A DNA stretch of 32,000 nucleotides. It comes from Schaalia odontolytica (GTDB lineage: Bacteria; Actinomycetota; Actinomycetes; Actinomycetales; Actinomycetaceae). The number at the start of each line of letters is the position of its first letter. The first letter of the stretch is position 1. A program made the position numbers and the translations under genes. The notes beneath the pieces are model-generated. The model did no database searches. It was not told the origin of the DNA and saw only the letters and a program-made list of their open reading frames with translations. Location: contig NZ_CP040006.1 of NCBI RefSeq assembly GCF_005696695.1, positions 300,001-332,000 on the forward strand, given 5' to 3'. Positions 27,653 through 32,000 of this stretch are shown piece by piece.

Positions 27653-27688
27653 GCAGGTGGGGCGGGCCTTCGGGCTCGCCCCACCTGC
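27653..27688 (+). terminator. Strong terminator hairpin ending the operon
   Basis: Perfect 12-bp GC-rich stem GCAGGTGGGGCG / CGCCCCACCTGC with a 12-nt loop, followed by GTTTGTATT. Begins 15 nt after the FHA gene stop. Confidence 0.8.
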
Positions 27689-27768
27689 GTTTGTATTAGC
27701 CTGGTGTGCGTCACCGCCCCGGCCTAGGCGGAGCGGTATGCCCCTCAACCAGCGGAAGGTCAGTCCCG

Positions 27769-28755
27769 ATGAGTCGTCGATCGTGGTTCATCCTCGTCCT
27801 CGTGTGCGTCGTTGCGTTGGGGGCGATCGCAGGTGTTGCCTATCAAAGCAACACGGAAAAGAGCGTCGAGGAGGCGGCGCGCTACTACGCCGATGCGATC
27901 GCTGAAGGGCGCGTGAATGACGCTCTTGAGGTCGAGTCGGGGGACAGCTTCGGGGAAGCGACGAAGAGTGCAGATCGGGCATTTGATCTTCGTGGCGCCA
28001 AGACCGTGGAACCTGCGCGGGTCAAGGAGGTGCGCCTGCACAATCAGCCTGACCTGCACGGGCGTCAGGGAGCCGTCATCGAGTTCATAGTCGGTGAGGA
28101 CTCTGTCAATCGCGAAATCTACCTGGAGCGCGTGAAGGAGCCCCTGAAACCAGTGGGCTACTGGCGCGTTGTCAGCAGTGCCGCGCGCGCCGTACGCATC
28201 GATACGGAGGGGTACGGCAGGGATGTGACCATCGGTGGGGTCTCCATCGGGCCCCTTGGGCGGACAGCCTATGATGAGAACAAGGCGAAATATCTGCCCG
28301 ATGACTATCTGTGGTACCGCGCCAGTCAAGAAGTCACGGTTTACGCGTACCCGGGCATCTACGAAGCCGTCGTCGATACTGCCTCTGAACACGTCAATCT
28401 GACGGTGGACAAGGCGACCTCGAGAACGACCATGGATCTGAGCAAAGATGTTGACGAGCATGAGATCAAGGCGGTTGTCGATACCGATGCCGCGTTGTGG
28501 CTGAAACGCAATGCGGAGGCGTATCTGACAGAGTGCCTCCGGGGCGGCACGCCGGATCGCACATTCTGTCCCCCTGAACGACTGTCGGATGTGCAGCAGG
28601 TGAGCATTGGGTCGACGTCGGGGGGCTATTCCACGGGAATCCGCCTGTCGGATGTCGTTGTGCGTACCTCGAGCGAGGAACGCACGCTCAACCTGATGGG
28701 CGAGGTCGTCTTTGATCCCTCGAACGGCCTCCACATGCTGCTCAAGCCGCTATAG
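27769..28755 (+). CDS. Hypothetical N-terminally membrane-anchored extracytoplasmic protein with atypical codon usage
   Basis: ATG 27769 gives MSRRSWFILVLVCVVALGAIAGVAYQS, a signal-anchor. I prefer this to the track start 27706 and to the antisense ORF 27760-28734. It uses many GAT/AAT/TAT/GAA codons, unlike neighbouring genes. No family recognised. Confidence 0.65.
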   Translation: MSRRSWFILVLVCVVALGAIAGVAYQSNTEKSVEEAARYYADAIAEGRVNDALEVESGDSFGEATKSADRAFDLRGAKTVEPARVKEVRLHNQPDLHGRQGAVIEFIVGEDSVNREIYLERVKEPLKPVGYWRVVSSAARAVRIDTEGYGRDVTIGGVSIGPLGRTAYDENKAKYLPDDYLWYRASQEVTVYAYPGIYEAVVDTASEHVNLTVDKATSRTTMDLSKDVDEHEIKAVVDTDAALWLKRNAEAYLTECLRGGTPDRTFCPPERLSDVQQVSIGSTSGGYSTGIRLSDVVVRTSSEERTLNLMGEVVFDPSNGLHMLLKPL

Positions 28756-29012
28756 GTCGCGGCACCGCCCGGCTGTCGCGCGGTCGTGCCTTCGAGGGGG
28801 AAGGTTGTGACGTTGCCGCTGATCGGATGACTTTCTCATCCCGTGCGCCCGGTGAGGAAAGATGAGGGGGCTGTCCCGGCCTCGTCTATGTAAGGACAAT
28901 CATACTCTCGCGCGCCTTGAGGTGACCTAGGTCCCTTGAAGCGTGTATCCTTACCCCTGGTAGCGACCCGCTGGTGGGTCGGTCATCGCAAACACGGAAG
29001 TTGAGGACCACG

Positions 29013-31730
<2,718 letters not shown>

Positions 31731-31772
31731 TCGCTGGCGCTTGCTCTGCTGAGTAGCGCTGATTGAGCGCGG

Positions 31773-31810
31773 CGAGGCCGCGGCCGGGAAACCGGTCGCG
31801 GCCTCGTTTC
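31773..31810 (+). terminator. Terminator hairpin downstream of ppdK
   Basis: 15-bp stem with one mismatch (CGAGGCCGCGGCCGG / CCGGTCGCGGCCTCG), GAAA loop, followed by TTTCGTTGT. Confidence 0.7.
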
Positions 31811-32000
31811 GTTGTGGGTGCTGTGTGGTGTTGCTTGTGGCCCCACGGGTGTTCCGGGCGCCGGAGGGCCCGGCCGCCCGCGAGGCTAGGCGGCCTCACT
31901 TCGTTCGGCGCCGCGCCTCGAAGCCCGCCCGTGCCCTCCGGTCCCTCCGGCGCCCTCCACACCAGTGGTTCCTGGCCGCTGATGTGTGGCTTGGCGCGTT

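Overview
High-GC actinobacterial chromosome segment; gene content and order suggest Actinomycetales or Actinomycetaceae-like, but the species cannot be determined from sequence alone. About 1-12.6 kb and 28.9-32 kb are housekeeping: a DUF1697 protein, an RlmB/TrmH-type rRNA methyltransferase, purA, a nitrobindin-like protein overlapping ygfZ and dtd, clpC and ppdK. Embedded among them are two tandem uncharacterised paralogues, a DUF456 membrane protein and a polytopic membrane protein. The most notable content is an apparent operon of about 15 kb (12.65-27.69 kb), bounded by a terminator plus a sigma70-like promoter upstream and a strong hairpin terminator downstream. It encodes a giant N-terminally anchored surface protein of about 2040 aa if one frameshift near 14570 is repaired. 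That protein has a non-repeat head, about 11 cadherin/Ig-like 95-aa repeats, and 3 clear plus 2 probable FN3 modules. Downstream follow a MoxR AAA+ ATPase, a DUF58 protein and a TgpA-like polytopic transglutaminase-fold protein whose Cys-His-Asp triad appears replaced. The operon ends with a membrane Ser/Thr kinase carrying an FN3-like ectodomain, a PP2C phosphatase and an FHA-domain protein. Several junctions have overlapping stop and start codons. I do not know of a functional description of this combined arrangement, so it is the best candidate for an undescribed envelope-associated signalling or remodelling system. Other noteworthy items are an unusually long (822 nt) repeat-laden non-coding region upstream of clpC, REP/MITE-like inverted repeats at the window start, and a compositionally atypical orphan membrane-anchored gene at 27.8-28.8 kb. 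Many long ORFs in the six-frame track are GC-driven shadow ORFs and were rejected. No tRNA, rRNA, CRISPR array, transposase or integrase was recognised.
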